Shown: positions 54,006-64,000, numbered from the stretch's first letter. The stretch: 64,000 bases of DNA from Bacteroidales bacterium (GCA_049792755.1 JBARBF010000042.1:14999-78998), one strand, 5' to 3'. A program made the numbers and translations. The notes: generated by a model from the sequence alone, not told the origin.

Positions 54006-56012
54006 TCAAAGGATTTTGTTCAACCGATTTATCAGCTCATCTCCAAGAGCCCTTTTTTGCTTTATATGTTCACGAATGGCCGCAACAACACTATTAGATT
54101 CAAACTCTCCCCGAACCTGCTCAAAATCCATCCTTTTATCTTCAGCACTACCGTCTATACCAAATCCTGTCATGGCTGACAAAGTAAATTCCTTCCTTGC
54201 ATCTTCATAAAGAAGATTATCCAGTTCAATAACGCTTTTTTTCCACTTTTCAACCATCCCAATAACATCATTAGCAGTTAATTTACTTACAGATATACCT
54301 GTTTCCTCTTCTATCCTTTCACATACCCATGTCCATTCCCACGTATAGTATGAATTGTGTAATCCGATAAAAGACCGTTCCAACACTTCAACAGAAGTAA
54401 TCTTTTCTGACTCAACATCCTCTAAAAGAGCATCAACTTCTTTCTTCGGCGCAATCAATCCTGCCAGATCAACCCATTCTCCCTTTCCTTGTGAACTGTC
54501 TGAAGCAAGTCGATGCTGAAGCTCTTCATTTGTTTTAAATTGACAGTTTTCAAGCCGTTTTATTAATGAGTTCCCAAGGAACTTATTTATACCTGTCTGA
54601 TAAAGTTCTATTCCCCGTTCGAGAGAGTGACCGGTTATTTTCATTTTATTGTAAGTGTACGGATCAGTCCCGGCAGGTGATTCCGATTTTAGTTTTCGCA
54701 GGATTTCCCTGCCTTCGAACATTTTACGGATTGTATAAGGACTAAGCAGGTTAAAGTTCACCTGGTCTATCTTGAACGGATCTTTTCTTACATCCCTGAC
54801 AGGCCATTTTTGCGCATCTCTGATAGTACCCACGCTTCTTAAATTAATACCCGGGACAAGTATGCTTTCATCGTTGCTTTCAATGAGATATGAAAAAGGA
54901 AGTGATGAAGTATCAATATTCTTATAATGACGCCCCATTATAAGTGTGTAGGGTCCGATACGTGCCGGCCACAGGAGATATGAATCGCTTGTTGTTTTGG
55001 AACCCCTTTCCATAATTCCCTGGTGAATAGGTCCAAGCTTATACATGTGGTTACTCTGGTTAGAACCACTGCCTGCATTCATAAATGAAAAGATCCCTGC
55101 TATCAGTAATGTTGATTTATGGTGTGTAACCGTATAGGGTCCGGCAAAAATTGAACATGCTTCTCCATGATATCCACCGCAGTTTGCAAAAAAAAGCGAG
55201 TTCTCTGCAGAATAATGCTTGGCAAGGATGCAACCCTGTCCTATGAAACATTTATCTATCAAAGTGGATTCTGTTACTTTCGATCCTGAACAAATTATAA
55301 AATGTTCCATAATTACTCCCGGACCAATAAAAACAGGATCAGTTTCACAACTGTTTACTGATCCTTCGTTCAGAGTTATAGCTCCTTCAACATGACTGAA
55401 CGGGCCGAATTTTACATTACGGATATTGCTTGAGTTGAAAATTCTTGAGTTTTGTCCTATTATTCCTGTTTCGGATGAATGAGATAAAGAATATTCATCA
55501 ACCATTTTCTCAATTATTCTTACAGCCTCGAACCTGTGTCTGTAGAGAGCGATAATATATGCCTCATGAGCCGAAAGCCTGTCCCATATTTTAACTGCTC
55601 TTCCCCCGGTCTCGTTCAGGACATTTACTATGGTACCGTTTCCAAAAGCTGAAATGCCTTCTGAATGAATTTTTCCACAGTTTTTTATAACTACTTTATC
55701 TTCAATATTATAATTTGCGATATAATCACCAATATTATTGATTATAACATTAGATCCTATAATACAATTATGTAGTCGGGCGTTTCGAATACCACTTTGT
55801 ACGCTTACTCCTGATTCATCAATAAAAGGTTCGTTGAAAACACCAAGACTAATATTACCCGAGAAGATTACATTAACGCACTTTTCAGGATCAAATCCAT
55901 CCTTAACTTTAACACGGTTCCAGTCATCGCAACTGCAGCCATTAGAAATTAAAATCGAAATTTCCAGCTCTTTTATGTTCCTGAAATCATCTGTCATGTT
56001 CATTTCGAACAT
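54006..56012 (-). CDS. conserved protein of unknown function, DUF4954-like (predicted beta-helix N-terminal half)
   Basis: 668-aa ORF immediately downstream of glmS. The name rests on my recollection of the conserved Bacteroidota glmS-DUF4954 pair. I recognise no catalytic motif. Confidence 0.55.
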   Translation of the reverse strand: MFEMNMTDDFRNIKELEISILISNGCSCDDWNRVKVKDGFDPEKCVNVIFSGNISLGVFNEPFIDESGVSVQSGIRNARLHNCIIGSNVIINNIGDYIANYNIEDKVVIKNCGKIHSEGISAFGNGTIVNVLNETGGRAVKIWDRLSAHEAYIIALYRHRFEAVRIIEKMVDEYSLSHSSETGIIGQNSRIFNSSNIRNVKFGPFSHVEGAITLNEGSVNSCETDPVFIGPGVIMEHFIICSGSKVTESTLIDKCFIGQGCILAKHYSAENSLFFANCGGYHGEACSIFAGPYTVTHHKSTLLIAGIFSFMNAGSGSNQSNHMYKLGPIHQGIMERGSKTTSDSYLLWPARIGPYTLIMGRHYKNIDTSSLPFSYLIESNDESILVPGINLRSVGTIRDAQKWPVRDVRKDPFKIDQVNFNLLSPYTIRKMFEGREILRKLKSESPAGTDPYTYNKMKITGHSLERGIELYQTGINKFLGNSLIKRLENCQFKTNEELQHRLASDSSQGKGEWVDLAGLIAPKKEVDALLEDVESEKITSVEVLERSFIGLHNSYYTWEWTWVCERIEEETGISVSKLTANDVIGMVEKWKKSVIELDNLLYEDARKEFTLSAMTGFGIDGSAEDKRMDFEQVRGEFESNSVVAAIREHIKQKRALGDELINRLNKIL

Positions 56013-56022
56013 TTAAGATTTA

Positions 56023-57864
56023 TTATTCGACAGTTACCGACTTTGCCAGGTTCCTGGGCTGGTCAACATTGCATCCTCTAAGGACTGCAATATGATATGA
56101 AAGCAATTGAAGCGGAATTACTGCGAGCAACCCGGAGAAGATAGGAAGTGTTTCAGGTACTTCAAGAACATAATCAGCCATTTTACTTATTATTTCATCT
56201 CCTTCGGTAACAATAGCAATAACATTTCCTTTTCTTGCTTTAATTTCCTGAATGTTACTCACAATCTTTTCATATGTGTCATCTTTTGTAGCTACGACAA
56301 CAACAGGCATATTCTCATCAATAAGGGCAATCGGGCCATGCTTCATTTCTGCAGCAGGATAACCTTCAGCATGGATATATGAAATTTCCTTCAGTTTAAG
56401 AGCGCCTTCAAGAGCTACAGGAAAGAGATATCCTCTCCCAAGGTAAAGAGCATTATGTGTATTTTGAAAAACTTTTGCAAGTTCAAGAGCCTGATTATTT
56501 ACTTTAAGTGCATTCTCAATTTTACCTGGAATTGCCGTAAGCTCAGTAATAAGTTCTTTATATGCAGAATCGGAGATAATTCCTTTCTTATGTCCGATTT
56601 CAAATGCCATCATTGCCAGAACCAGAACCTGAGTTGTAAATGCTTTTGTTGATGCAACACCTATTTCGGGGCCTGCATGTGTATAAACACCTGCATCGGT
56701 TTCCCGTGGAATACTGCTACCTACAACATTGCATATTCCGATGACTTTAGCTCCTTTCTCCCTGGCAAGTTTGACAGCAGCAAGAGTGTCGGCGGTTTCA
56801 CCGCTCTGGCTTATCGCAATTACAATATCACCTTTTTTTATAATAGGATTCCTGTAACGGAATTCTGATGCATATTCCACTTCCACCGGAATCCTGGTGT
56901 ACTCTTCAAAAATATATTCTCCAACTAATCCGGCATGCCATGAGGTTCCGCAGGCGATTATTATAATTCTTTCTGATTGTGTCATTGTTTCAAAAACATC
57001 AAGCAGCCCACCAAGCTTCACCCCTGAAAAATCTGGTAATATCCTTCCTCTGAAAGTATCATGAATGGCTCGCGGCTGTTCAAAAATTTCCTTCAGCATA
57101 AAATGAGCAAAACCCTCTTTGTCAATCTCCCCTATTTTAAGATCAAGTTCTTTGACTTCTGGTTGTATCTTTTCTGTTCTTATAGTTTTAAGGACAAGTT
57201 CATCTTTCTTGATTATTGCAATATCGTCATCATTCATATAGATAACTCTTTGTGTATATTCGACAATTGGGGTAGCATCCGAAGCAATAAAGTTTTCACC
57301 TTCTCCCACTCCGATAACAAGAGGGCTTCCCTTCTTGGCTGCAAACAGCCTGTCGAGCTCCTTTGTACAGATTATCACCAGTCCGTATGTACCTTCAACC
57401 CTGTTTAGAGCCAGGGTAATTGCCTGTTCAGCAGTGAGGTCGCCTTCAAGATACATATGCTCAATAAGATTAGCTAGAACTTCTGTATCAGTCTGACTTT
57501 TAAATTTTACTCCCCTGCTCTCGAGATGTTTCTTGAGACGCGCATAATTTTCAATTATACCATTATGAACAACAATGAAGTTGCCTTTAAAGGATAACTG
57601 AGGATGCGCATTCAATTCATTTGGTTCGCCGTGAGTGGCCCACCTGGTATGACCCATTCCTGTCGTACCATCAAAGCTTGATTTGTTAACAAGATCCTCA
57701 AGGTCTTTTACTCTTCCCGCGCATTTAAATATTTTTGCTTCTCCGTTTACAAGAGCCATGCCGGCAGAATCATATCCGCGATATTCAAGTCTTTTCAGAC
57801 CATTAATTATTATTTCACGGGCTTGTCTTGATCCTATATAGCCAATAATTCCGCACATATTCAA
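56023..57864 (-). CDS. glmS: glutamine--fructose-6-phosphate aminotransferase
   Basis: 613 aa with the N-terminal MCGIIGYIG nucleophile, two SIS domains, and a C-terminal KSVTVE. Confidence 0.95.
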   Translation of the reverse strand: MNMCGIIGYIGSRQAREIIINGLKRLEYRGYDSAGMALVNGEAKIFKCAGRVKDLEDLVNKSSFDGTTGMGHTRWATHGEPNELNAHPQLSFKGNFIVVHNGIIENYARLKKHLESRGVKFKSQTDTEVLANLIEHMYLEGDLTAEQAITLALNRVEGTYGLVIICTKELDRLFAAKKGSPLVIGVGEGENFIASDATPIVEYTQRVIYMNDDDIAIIKKDELVLKTIRTEKIQPEVKELDLKIGEIDKEGFAHFMLKEIFEQPRAIHDTFRGRILPDFSGVKLGGLLDVFETMTQSERIIIIACGTSWHAGLVGEYIFEEYTRIPVEVEYASEFRYRNPIIKKGDIVIAISQSGETADTLAAVKLAREKGAKVIGICNVVGSSIPRETDAGVYTHAGPEIGVASTKAFTTQVLVLAMMAFEIGHKKGIISDSAYKELITELTAIPGKIENALKVNNQALELAKVFQNTHNALYLGRGYLFPVALEGALKLKEISYIHAEGYPAAEMKHGPIALIDENMPVVVVATKDDTYEKIVSNIQEIKARKGNVIAIVTEGDEIISKMADYVLEVPETLPIFSGLLAVIPLQLLSYHIAVLRGCNVDQPRNLAKSVTVE

Positions 57865-57912
57865 TAAGTTTTAAAATGTGAGTACCAAAGTAGTTATTCT
57901 GGTTCACAAATT

Positions 57913-59352
57913 CTAGAACTTGGTATAGGTAAATTCAAATTTAATAGGAGTTTTGCTTTTATTGGCTTCCAGGACAACATTTTTAGTACCGGTTCCCTCA
58001 AATATATCCACTTCCGGCTCTATATTGCCTGTTGCATCTTCAAGATATGACTGGACGAATGCAGGAATATTGAAATTATATACCTGGGCAACTGAATCGA
58101 GCTTACCGTCAAAAAATGCATGACTAAGATCTACTGACGATGCCAGTGAATAATCGGGCACAGTATATTTGATCCCGGTTTTTGATCTGTATCTTATATA
58201 TAATTGTGGCGGGACATTTCGCGTAATATAGATATTACCAGGGGTGGATTTGAAATGAACCGGTACAACTAACTTGGCTCTGTTTACGGCAACTTTGCCA
58301 AATGATTTATCATTTTTCAGGTCCCTGAGCCCGGGTAAAATTAATTTTGTATAGACCCCGTTAAGAGATTGCACGTAAGAAAGTGTGTCTCTATAGGTTG
58401 TGTTTCTGTGTGCCATCTTATCTCCAAGTGTGGCAGTACTAAAATCATGTGAAAACGTATTAAAGGATGCATTCGTGTTCTTTGCATCAAGCTCGAAAGA
58501 ATATTCTTTGGCAGTCCCGGTGGTATCGTGCAGAAATAAAACAAAATAATTATTATAGGTCGTTTGGTCCGATTGAAGACTTAAAGATATGAGGAAGGGG
58601 TCAGAACTTGTAGAATTCAACTGGAAGTACAACCCTTTGAAATAAGATCTGAAATCAGGTATGTTATTATTATAAAATAGTTTAGATGTATCGCGTGTAA
58701 GATAATTCCCAAAGTCAATACCTTTTCCCGGTAAAGAGAGTATAATATCGTTTATGGTATCGGTGCGGAGTGTTGGAAGTACAATATCAGTTACCTTAAA
58801 ACCTGTTGTGTTTACAGGTGTGTTTGGATAATAGGCTGAATCGACATAAATCTGGTTACTTATCTCTGAGAAGCTTAAAGTATTTACCGCACCGGATCCT
58901 CCATTTTTTACTGTCAGTATATGAAGATATAACTGCACTGAATCTACTGTAAATGGCAGACCGTCCCACTTAGGGTTAAGTCTTATTTGGGTAACAAATC
59001 CTGCTGTAGTACTCCCGAAATAGGGATCATAGTCATGTCCCAGGTAAGAAGTTGAAGAAAGGTCGCTCCTGGATGAATCATCGTACATTAAATAAGAGAA
59101 AACGCTTAATGTGTCAATGGCTTTAATTGAGACAAAATCACCTTCAGGAAGAATATCTCCTCCTATATTCAAGACCTCCTTCTTGCATGAGCTTGCAAAG
59201 ACAATTATCAAGACAACTAATGAAGTGAAGAATATACTAAAGAGATTTGGGGAAACAGAAATAATTCTGTGGTAGTGGCGGGAACTATTACAATATCTTG
59301 TCATAAAAATCATTATAGGCATCAATATATTCGGTCTCATCCTTAAATTCAA
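57913..59352 (-). CDS. lipoprotein of unknown function, DUF4270-like
   Basis: The lipobox (IVFASSC) lies after a long unlikely N-extension, so the real start is probably the ATG at 59304 or 59313. The family name is recalled from the conserved glgA-like/DUF4270 neighbourhood. Confidence 0.55.
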   Translation of the reverse strand: MNLRMRPNILMPIMIFMTRYCNSSRHYHRIISVSPNLFSIFFTSLVVLIIVFASSCKKEVLNIGGDILPEGDFVSIKAIDTLSVFSYLMYDDSSRSDLSSTSYLGHDYDPYFGSTTAGFVTQIRLNPKWDGLPFTVDSVQLYLHILTVKNGGSGAVNTLSFSEISNQIYVDSAYYPNTPVNTTGFKVTDIVLPTLRTDTINDIILSLPGKGIDFGNYLTRDTSKLFYNNNIPDFRSYFKGLYFQLNSTSSDPFLISLSLQSDQTTYNNYFVLFLHDTTGTAKEYSFELDAKNTNASFNTFSHDFSTATLGDKMAHRNTTYRDTLSYVQSLNGVYTKLILPGLRDLKNDKSFGKVAVNRAKLVVPVHFKSTPGNIYITRNVPPQLYIRYRSKTGIKYTVPDYSLASSVDLSHAFFDGKLDSVAQVYNFNIPAFVQSYLEDATGNIEPEVDIFEGTGTKNVVLEANKSKTPIKFEFTYTKF

Positions 59353-60091
59353 GAACCGGTTTGTTAACTGTAATCAGGTATTTTTTCAAATCTTCGTTTA
59401 TATCCTCACTTCCAATAATGATTCCGTCAGAATATTTGATAGCCAACTTAGACACATTAACAAAATCCGGTTTCTTAACCATTTTAAGGTTTTCCCCGTC
59501 TATTCCATCGAACCGTAGTTTATCTGCGAATGTTGATCTAAACGGAGTTTTAAAATCATTATTGTAAATGGAATAGATTATTTTGTAGTTATGAAATAGC
59601 GGATCATCATTATATATACTACGCAGATAAACCGGTACCAGGGCCGACATCCATCCATGGCAATGCACTATATCAGGAGCCCATCTCAGCTTCTTGACAG
59701 TCTCAATTACACCCCTGGCAAAAAAGAGCGCCCTTTCATCATTATCTTCAAATTCCCGCCCCGAAGCATCGCTGATTACATGCTTTCTCTGGAAATAATC
59801 GTCATTATCAATAAAATACACCTGCATCCGGGCTGATTGAATCGAAGCAACTTTGATTATCAGCGGATGATCGGTATCGTCAATAATCAGGTTCATCCCC
59901 GAGAGCCTGATCACCTCATGAAGCTGATTCCTTCGTTCATTGATACAACCATATCTCGGCATGAAAGTCCGGATTTCTTTTCCTCTTTCCTGAATGCCCT
60001 GGGGGAGAAATCTTCCGATTTTCGATAATTTTGTCTCACCTAAGTAAGGGGTGATCTCTTGTGAAATGAATAATACCTTCCTGCTTTCCAT
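59288..60091 (-). CDS. short glycogen/starch synthase-like protein (Glyco_transf_5-type N-terminal half only)
   Basis: 267 aa. VLFISQEITPY...DIVHCHGWMSALVP resembles only the N-terminal Rossmann half of GlgA. Confidence 0.7.
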   Translation of the reverse strand: MESRKVLFISQEITPYLGETKLSKIGRFLPQGIQERGKEIRTFMPRYGCINERRNQLHEVIRLSGMNLIIDDTDHPLIIKVASIQSARMQVYFIDNDDYFQRKHVISDASGREFEDNDERALFFARGVIETVKKLRWAPDIVHCHGWMSALVPVYLRSIYNDDPLFHNYKIIYSIYNNDFKTPFRSTFADKLRFDGIDGENLKMVKKPDFVNVSKLAIKYSDGIIIGSEDINEDLKKYLITVNKPVLEFKDETEYIDAYNDFYDKIL

Positions 60092-60247
60092 TTACCTGCC
60101 TGGATATACCATTTCGATTTAAGGTGCAAAGATAGTAAAAATTAATAACATAATAAAAATGCGGATATTCAGATGTATCCCTTTAACCCTTATCTTACTC
60201 AGCTTGAAAATCACCAAATGCCAGATTAAATAATTTAGTTTAAGTTT

Positions 60248-61123
60248 GTGAAAAATTGCAATAATATGAAGGCCATACGTACTGTCGCTGAATTGCAAAC
60301 CCGCTTAAAAGAAATGCATCTTTCGCCTGTCGGTTTTGTTCCAACAATGGGGGCTCTGCATGAAGGTCACCTATCACTTGTGCAAAGCGCTGTGCAACTT
60401 TGCCCGATAGTTGTAGTGAGCATTTTTGTAAATCCTGCACAGTTCAATGATAAAAATGATCTGAGGAATTATCCGAGAACACCTGACGAAGACCTGGCTC
60501 TGCTTAAGAGTGCTCTAAGAGAATCAGATCTTGTCTTTACTCCCGGCGTCAAAGAAATTTACCCTGAAGAAGATAAGAGGCAGTTTCATTTTGGGAACCT
60601 CGATCAAGTAATGGAAGCTCTTCATCGTCCCGGTCATTTTAATGGGGTTGCCCAGGTTGTAAGCAGATTGTTCGAAATAGTAAAACCCGATATTGCCATT
60701 TTTGGTTTGAAGGATTTTCAGCAGCTTGCCGTTATAAAAGCCCTGGTAAAACAGACTGATAACAATGTAAGGATAATTGGGAATCCCATAATCCGTGAGA
60801 ATGATGGATTGGCAATGAGCAGCCGGAACCGTCTTCTTGACCCGGAAATCAGGCACCAGGCATCCATTATCTATAAAACAATCTCTGCTGTTACTTTAAT
60901 GATAAAAAGTTCCGATATAACTGAAATTAAATCATTCGTAACTGACAATATTAACAGTGTTCCGGGGTTCGTGGTAGAATATTTTGAGATTGTGGATGAT
61001 ATTGACCTTATTCCCCTGAGCAAAAAAAATGAAATGAGAATAGACAAACGATATTTTGGATGTATTGCCGTTGTTGCAGGGAAAATTCGTTTGATAGATA
61101 ATATTGAAATTGGATTGGTCTGA
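60248..61123 (+). CDS. panC: pantoate--beta-alanine ligase
   Basis: VPTMGALHEGHLSL motif. The likely true start is the ATG at 60266 (MKAIRTV). Confidence 0.9.
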   Translation: MKNCNNMKAIRTVAELQTRLKEMHLSPVGFVPTMGALHEGHLSLVQSAVQLCPIVVVSIFVNPAQFNDKNDLRNYPRTPDEDLALLKSALRESDLVFTPGVKEIYPEEDKRQFHFGNLDQVMEALHRPGHFNGVAQVVSRLFEIVKPDIAIFGLKDFQQLAVIKALVKQTDNNVRIIGNPIIRENDGLAMSSRNRLLDPEIRHQASIIYKTISAVTLMIKSSDITEIKSFVTDNINSVPGFVVEYFEIVDDIDLIPLSKKNEMRIDKRYFGCIAVVAGKIRLIDNIEIGLV

Positions 61124-61177
61124 ACCAAAAGGTTAATTACCTTTGCACTCTAATTAGGATCAACAAGATATAATAAG

Positions 61178-61528
61178 ATGTTAATAGAAGTAATAAAATC
61201 AAAAATCCACAAGGTTACAATTACAGGGGCAAACCTCAATTACATGGGAAGTATAACAATTGATGAAGATCTTATGGATGCTGCAAACCTGATAGAAAAC
61301 GAAAAAGTCCATGTTTTAGATTTAAACAACGGAGAACGTCTTGAAACTTATATAATAAAAGGGATCCGCGGTTCCGGAGAGATCTGTCTTAACGGTGCTG
61401 CTGCCAGGAAGGTCATTATTGGTGATATTATCATTATTATGTCGTTTGCGTTCCTCGATTTTCAGGAAGCACAATCATTTAAGCCTGTAATCATTTTCCC
61501 CGATACTAAAACCAATAAACTGATCTGA
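61178..61528 (+). CDS. panD: aspartate 1-decarboxylase
   Basis: 116 aa with [26 protein letters not shown], which contains the Gly-Ser self-cleavage site. Confidence 0.9.
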   Translation: MLIEVIKSKIHKVTITGANLNYMGSITIDEDLMDAANLIENEKVHVLDLNNGERLETYIIKGIRGSGEICLNGAAARKVIIGDIIIIMSFAFLDFQEAQSFKPVIIFPDTKTNKLI

Positions 61529-61530
61529 AG

Positions 61531-62562
61531 TTGAAAAAAAGTATTCTGCAAACATTTAAATTTACGGCTTTCTTAGCTGTCGGAGTGCTTCTGCTTTGGA
61601 TTGCATTTCGCAATATCGACTTTTCAAAGCTATGGGCAGAATTGAAAGAAGCAGATTATTCATGGCTCCTGCTGTCTGTAATCTTTGGATTATTTGCCTT
61701 TATAAGCCGCGCCCGAAGATGGGTACTGCTCATAAACCCCCTTGGTTTCAAACCTTCGACCAGGAATGCTTTTTATGCAATGATGACAGGTTATCTGGCA
61801 AATATTGCCTTGCCAAGAATCGGAGAAATTACACGCTGTGTGGCATTAGGTAAAAAAGAAAAAATCCCGGTAGATAAGCTTTTCGGAACTGTTGTTATTG
61901 AACGCACAGTCGACTTTCTCTCCTTGCTGACCATAATGGTAATAATGATATTCACAAGCGGGAAACAGATAGGTCTTTTTCTTAAAGAAAGTATTCTTTT
62001 ACCAATACAACAGAAAGTGTACTCAATCTTTGGAAACACCTGGGAACTTTGGATAATCCTTTTCTCGGTTGGTATAATCACTTTATTCCTACTGATAAGA
62101 TACAAAAAAAAATTGCGTAAGATCCGTTTATTCTCAAAGTTATTCGACCTTGGCCATGGAATTATTGACGGACTGAAAACTATTACAAATCTTAGAAGAA
62201 AATGGGAATTCATTTTCCATACTGTATTCATATGGTTAAACTATGTCCTTATGACCTGGGTTGTGGTATTCTCCCTTAAAAGTACTTCACATCTGACTCT
62301 GGGTAACAGCGTTTTCATTCTTGTAATAGGGGGATTAGCAATGTCTGCACCCGTACAGAGCGGACTAGGTGCTTTTCATTATATTGTTTCCCGAGGTCTG
62401 CTTATCGTTTTTGGAATACCTATTGAAGACGGACTGGCGTATGCATTACTTACTCATGAAGCGGAACTTATTTCTATCGCGATTCTTGGTGCTATATCAT
62501 TCTTCATCATTTTCAGAAAAGATAAGGGAAGCCCCCCAACCCCCCTAAAGGGGGGCGCATAA
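61531..62562 (+). CDS. UPF0104 / lysylphosphatidylglycerol-synthase-TM-like (flippase-like) membrane protein
   Basis: 343 aa with about 8 TM segments. The last ~11 codons (GSPPTPLKGGA) are encoded by a C-run/G-run repeat module. Confidence 0.6.
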   Translation: MKKSILQTFKFTAFLAVGVLLLWIAFRNIDFSKLWAELKEADYSWLLLSVIFGLFAFISRARRWVLLINPLGFKPSTRNAFYAMMTGYLANIALPRIGEITRCVALGKKEKIPVDKLFGTVVIERTVDFLSLLTIMVIMIFTSGKQIGLFLKESILLPIQQKVYSIFGNTWELWIILFSVGIITLFLLIRYKKKLRKIRLFSKLFDLGHGIIDGLKTITNLRRKWEFIFHTVFIWLNYVLMTWVVVFSLKSTSHLTLGNSVFILVIGGLAMSAPVQSGLGAFHYIVSRGLLIVFGIPIEDGLAYALLTHEAELISIAILGAISFFIIFRKDKGSPPTPLKGGA

Positions 62563-62570
62563 GGGGGAGT
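62531..62570. repeat. C-run/G-run hairpin module overlapping the 3' end of a CDS
   Basis: Sequence is gccccccaacCCCCCCtaaaGGGGGGcgcataaggggga. The 6-bp C/G stem is at 62540-62555. A related module sits at the window end (63966-64000). Confidence 0.65.
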
Positions 62571-62578
62571 AAAAGATT

Positions 62579-63940
62579 ATGGCAAAAAACAAAACAGTAT
62601 TCGTCTGTCAGAACTGCGGAGCAGAATCACCTAAATGGATCGGAAGATGTCCTTCATGCAAAGAATGGAACACTTACCATGAAGAGATAATTATTGCTGC
62701 TTCTTCTCGTGAGGTCTCATATATTGTGAAGCAGGAAAAAAGGAGACCTGAACTTCTTGATAACATCAAGTCTGATGAACTTGGCAGGCAGAGAACAGGG
62801 ATATCTGAGCTTGACAGGATCCTGGGGGGAGGCATAGTAGGCGGATCTTTGATTCTTCTGGGTGGAGAACCCGGTGTCGGCAAATCGACCCTGGCACTTC
62901 AGCTGGCTCTTGCTCTTAAAGGGAAAAACATTCTTTATGTTTCAGGAGAAGAGAGCGAAGAACAGATCAGTCTCAGGGCGCGAAGGATGAAAAACTCCAA
63001 TCCTCAATGTTACATACTTTGCGAAACAGAACTTGAAAGTATCCTTACACATGCTGAGACCATTAAACCCGGATTAATTATAATTGATTCTATACAGACA
63101 ATAAGTAATGCATTGCTTGAGTCTGCTGCAGGATCTGTATCACAGGTCAGGGAATGTGCCGCCCAGCTTCTTAAATACTCCAAGATTACCGGAATTCCAA
63201 TCGTTCTGATTGGACATATCACAAAGGATGGAACACTTGCCGGTCCAAAAATTCTTGAACATATCGTTGATGTGGTTCTCTATTTTGAAGGGGACAATAA
63301 CTATGTTTACCGTATACTCCGGTCTGTTAAAAACCGGTTTGGTTCCACTGCTGAATTAGGCATCTTTGAAATGGTAGAAACGGGTTTAAGGGAAGTCAAT
63401 AACCCTTCTGAAATGTTTATCAACCAGCACGATGAAGCCCTCAGCGGAATCTCAATTGCTGCAACCGTTGACGGATTGAGACCATTTCTGATAGAAACAC
63501 AGGCGCTTGTAAGCAGTGCCGTATATGGAACTCCACAGAGAAGCTCCACCGGTTTCGATATAAGGAGGCTGAATATGCTGCTTGCTGTGCTCGAGAAAAG
63601 AGCCGGGTTTAAACTGGGTATTAAAGATGTCTTTCTGAATATTGCAGGAGGAATCAAAGTAACTGATCCTGCAATAGACCTGGCAATAATAAGTTCTGTT
63701 CTTTCTTCAAACCTCGATATTCCCATCGGCCGGGAGATATGTTTTTCGGGTGAAACGGGTCTGTCGGGAGAAATAAGACCTGTTTCCCGTATCGAACAGA
63801 GGATCCGGGAAGCATCAAAAATGGGATTCAATAAAATATATATATCGAAATATCACAGAAATATATCGGTTAAGGAACTGAATATTGAAGTGGTTCTGGT
63901 TGGGAAGATTGAGAATCTGATCCGATCACTCTTTAGTTAA
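62579..63940 (+). CDS. radA: DNA repair protein RadA
   Basis: 453 aa with a zinc finger (CQNCGAESPKWIGRCPSC), Walker A (GGEPGVGKST), the KNRFG motif, and a Lon-like C-terminal domain. Confidence 0.95.
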   Translation: MAKNKTVFVCQNCGAESPKWIGRCPSCKEWNTYHEEIIIAASSREVSYIVKQEKRRPELLDNIKSDELGRQRTGISELDRILGGGIVGGSLILLGGEPGVGKSTLALQLALALKGKNILYVSGEESEEQISLRARRMKNSNPQCYILCETELESILTHAETIKPGLIIIDSIQTISNALLESAAGSVSQVRECAAQLLKYSKITGIPIVLIGHITKDGTLAGPKILEHIVDVVLYFEGDNNYVYRILRSVKNRFGSTAELGIFEMVETGLREVNNPSEMFINQHDEALSGISIAATVDGLRPFLIETQALVSSAVYGTPQRSSTGFDIRRLNMLLAVLEKRAGFKLGIKDVFLNIAGGIKVTDPAIDLAIISSVLSSNLDIPIGREICFSGETGLSGEIRPVSRIEQRIREASKMGFNKIYISKYHRNISVKELNIEVVLVGKIENLIRSLFS

Positions 63941-64000
63941 GTTTGCATCCACTACTCTTCATAAATCATTAAGACCCCCTTGCCCTTCGGGCACTCCCCC

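Noticed and set aside
57865-57912. glmS ribozyme upstream of glmS
   Set aside because: Only 48 nt separate glmS from the upstream gene, with no pseudoknotted core. The ribozyme is also not expected in this phylum.

Overview
This is a 64-kb chromosomal segment from a moderately AT-rich Bacteroidota genome. The phylum call rests on gene content: T9SS/gliding genes gldH, sprE/porW and porX, a CarboxypepD_reg-type TonB-dependent receptor, and DUF4270/DUF4954-type genes next to glgA-like and glmS. I support about 52 CDS, almost all housekeeping: gltX, tdh-kbl, class II RNR, waaA, pgk, tpx, holB, trmB, mrp, tsaE, metG, glmS, panCD and radA. There is also a WbpA/B/E/D-like nucleotide-sugar module with galE and rfbB, and a HisKA_3/NarL two-component pair. 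I saw no rRNA, tRNA or CRISPR array by eye.

Two things are not ordinary.

1. The only clearly accessory segment is a ~3.5-kb insertion (24215-27642) in the 3' end of a yjbR/mmcQ-family gene. It is bracketed by perfect 83-bp direct repeats. It carries a blaI/blaR1-type repressor plus M56 sensor-protease pair and a phased five-copy hairpin-repeat array, but no recombinase.

2. Nearly every longer intergenic spacer holds GC-rich hairpin modules. These fall into several dispersed repeat families: CACA[A/G]AG heptamer arrays, a ~100-nt palindromic 3'-UTR element, and C-run/G-run compound hairpins with GCGAAGC loops.

All calls come from reading the sequence and ORF translations and from recalled family motifs. 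No searches or computations were run. Repeat boundaries are approximate to a few nt.
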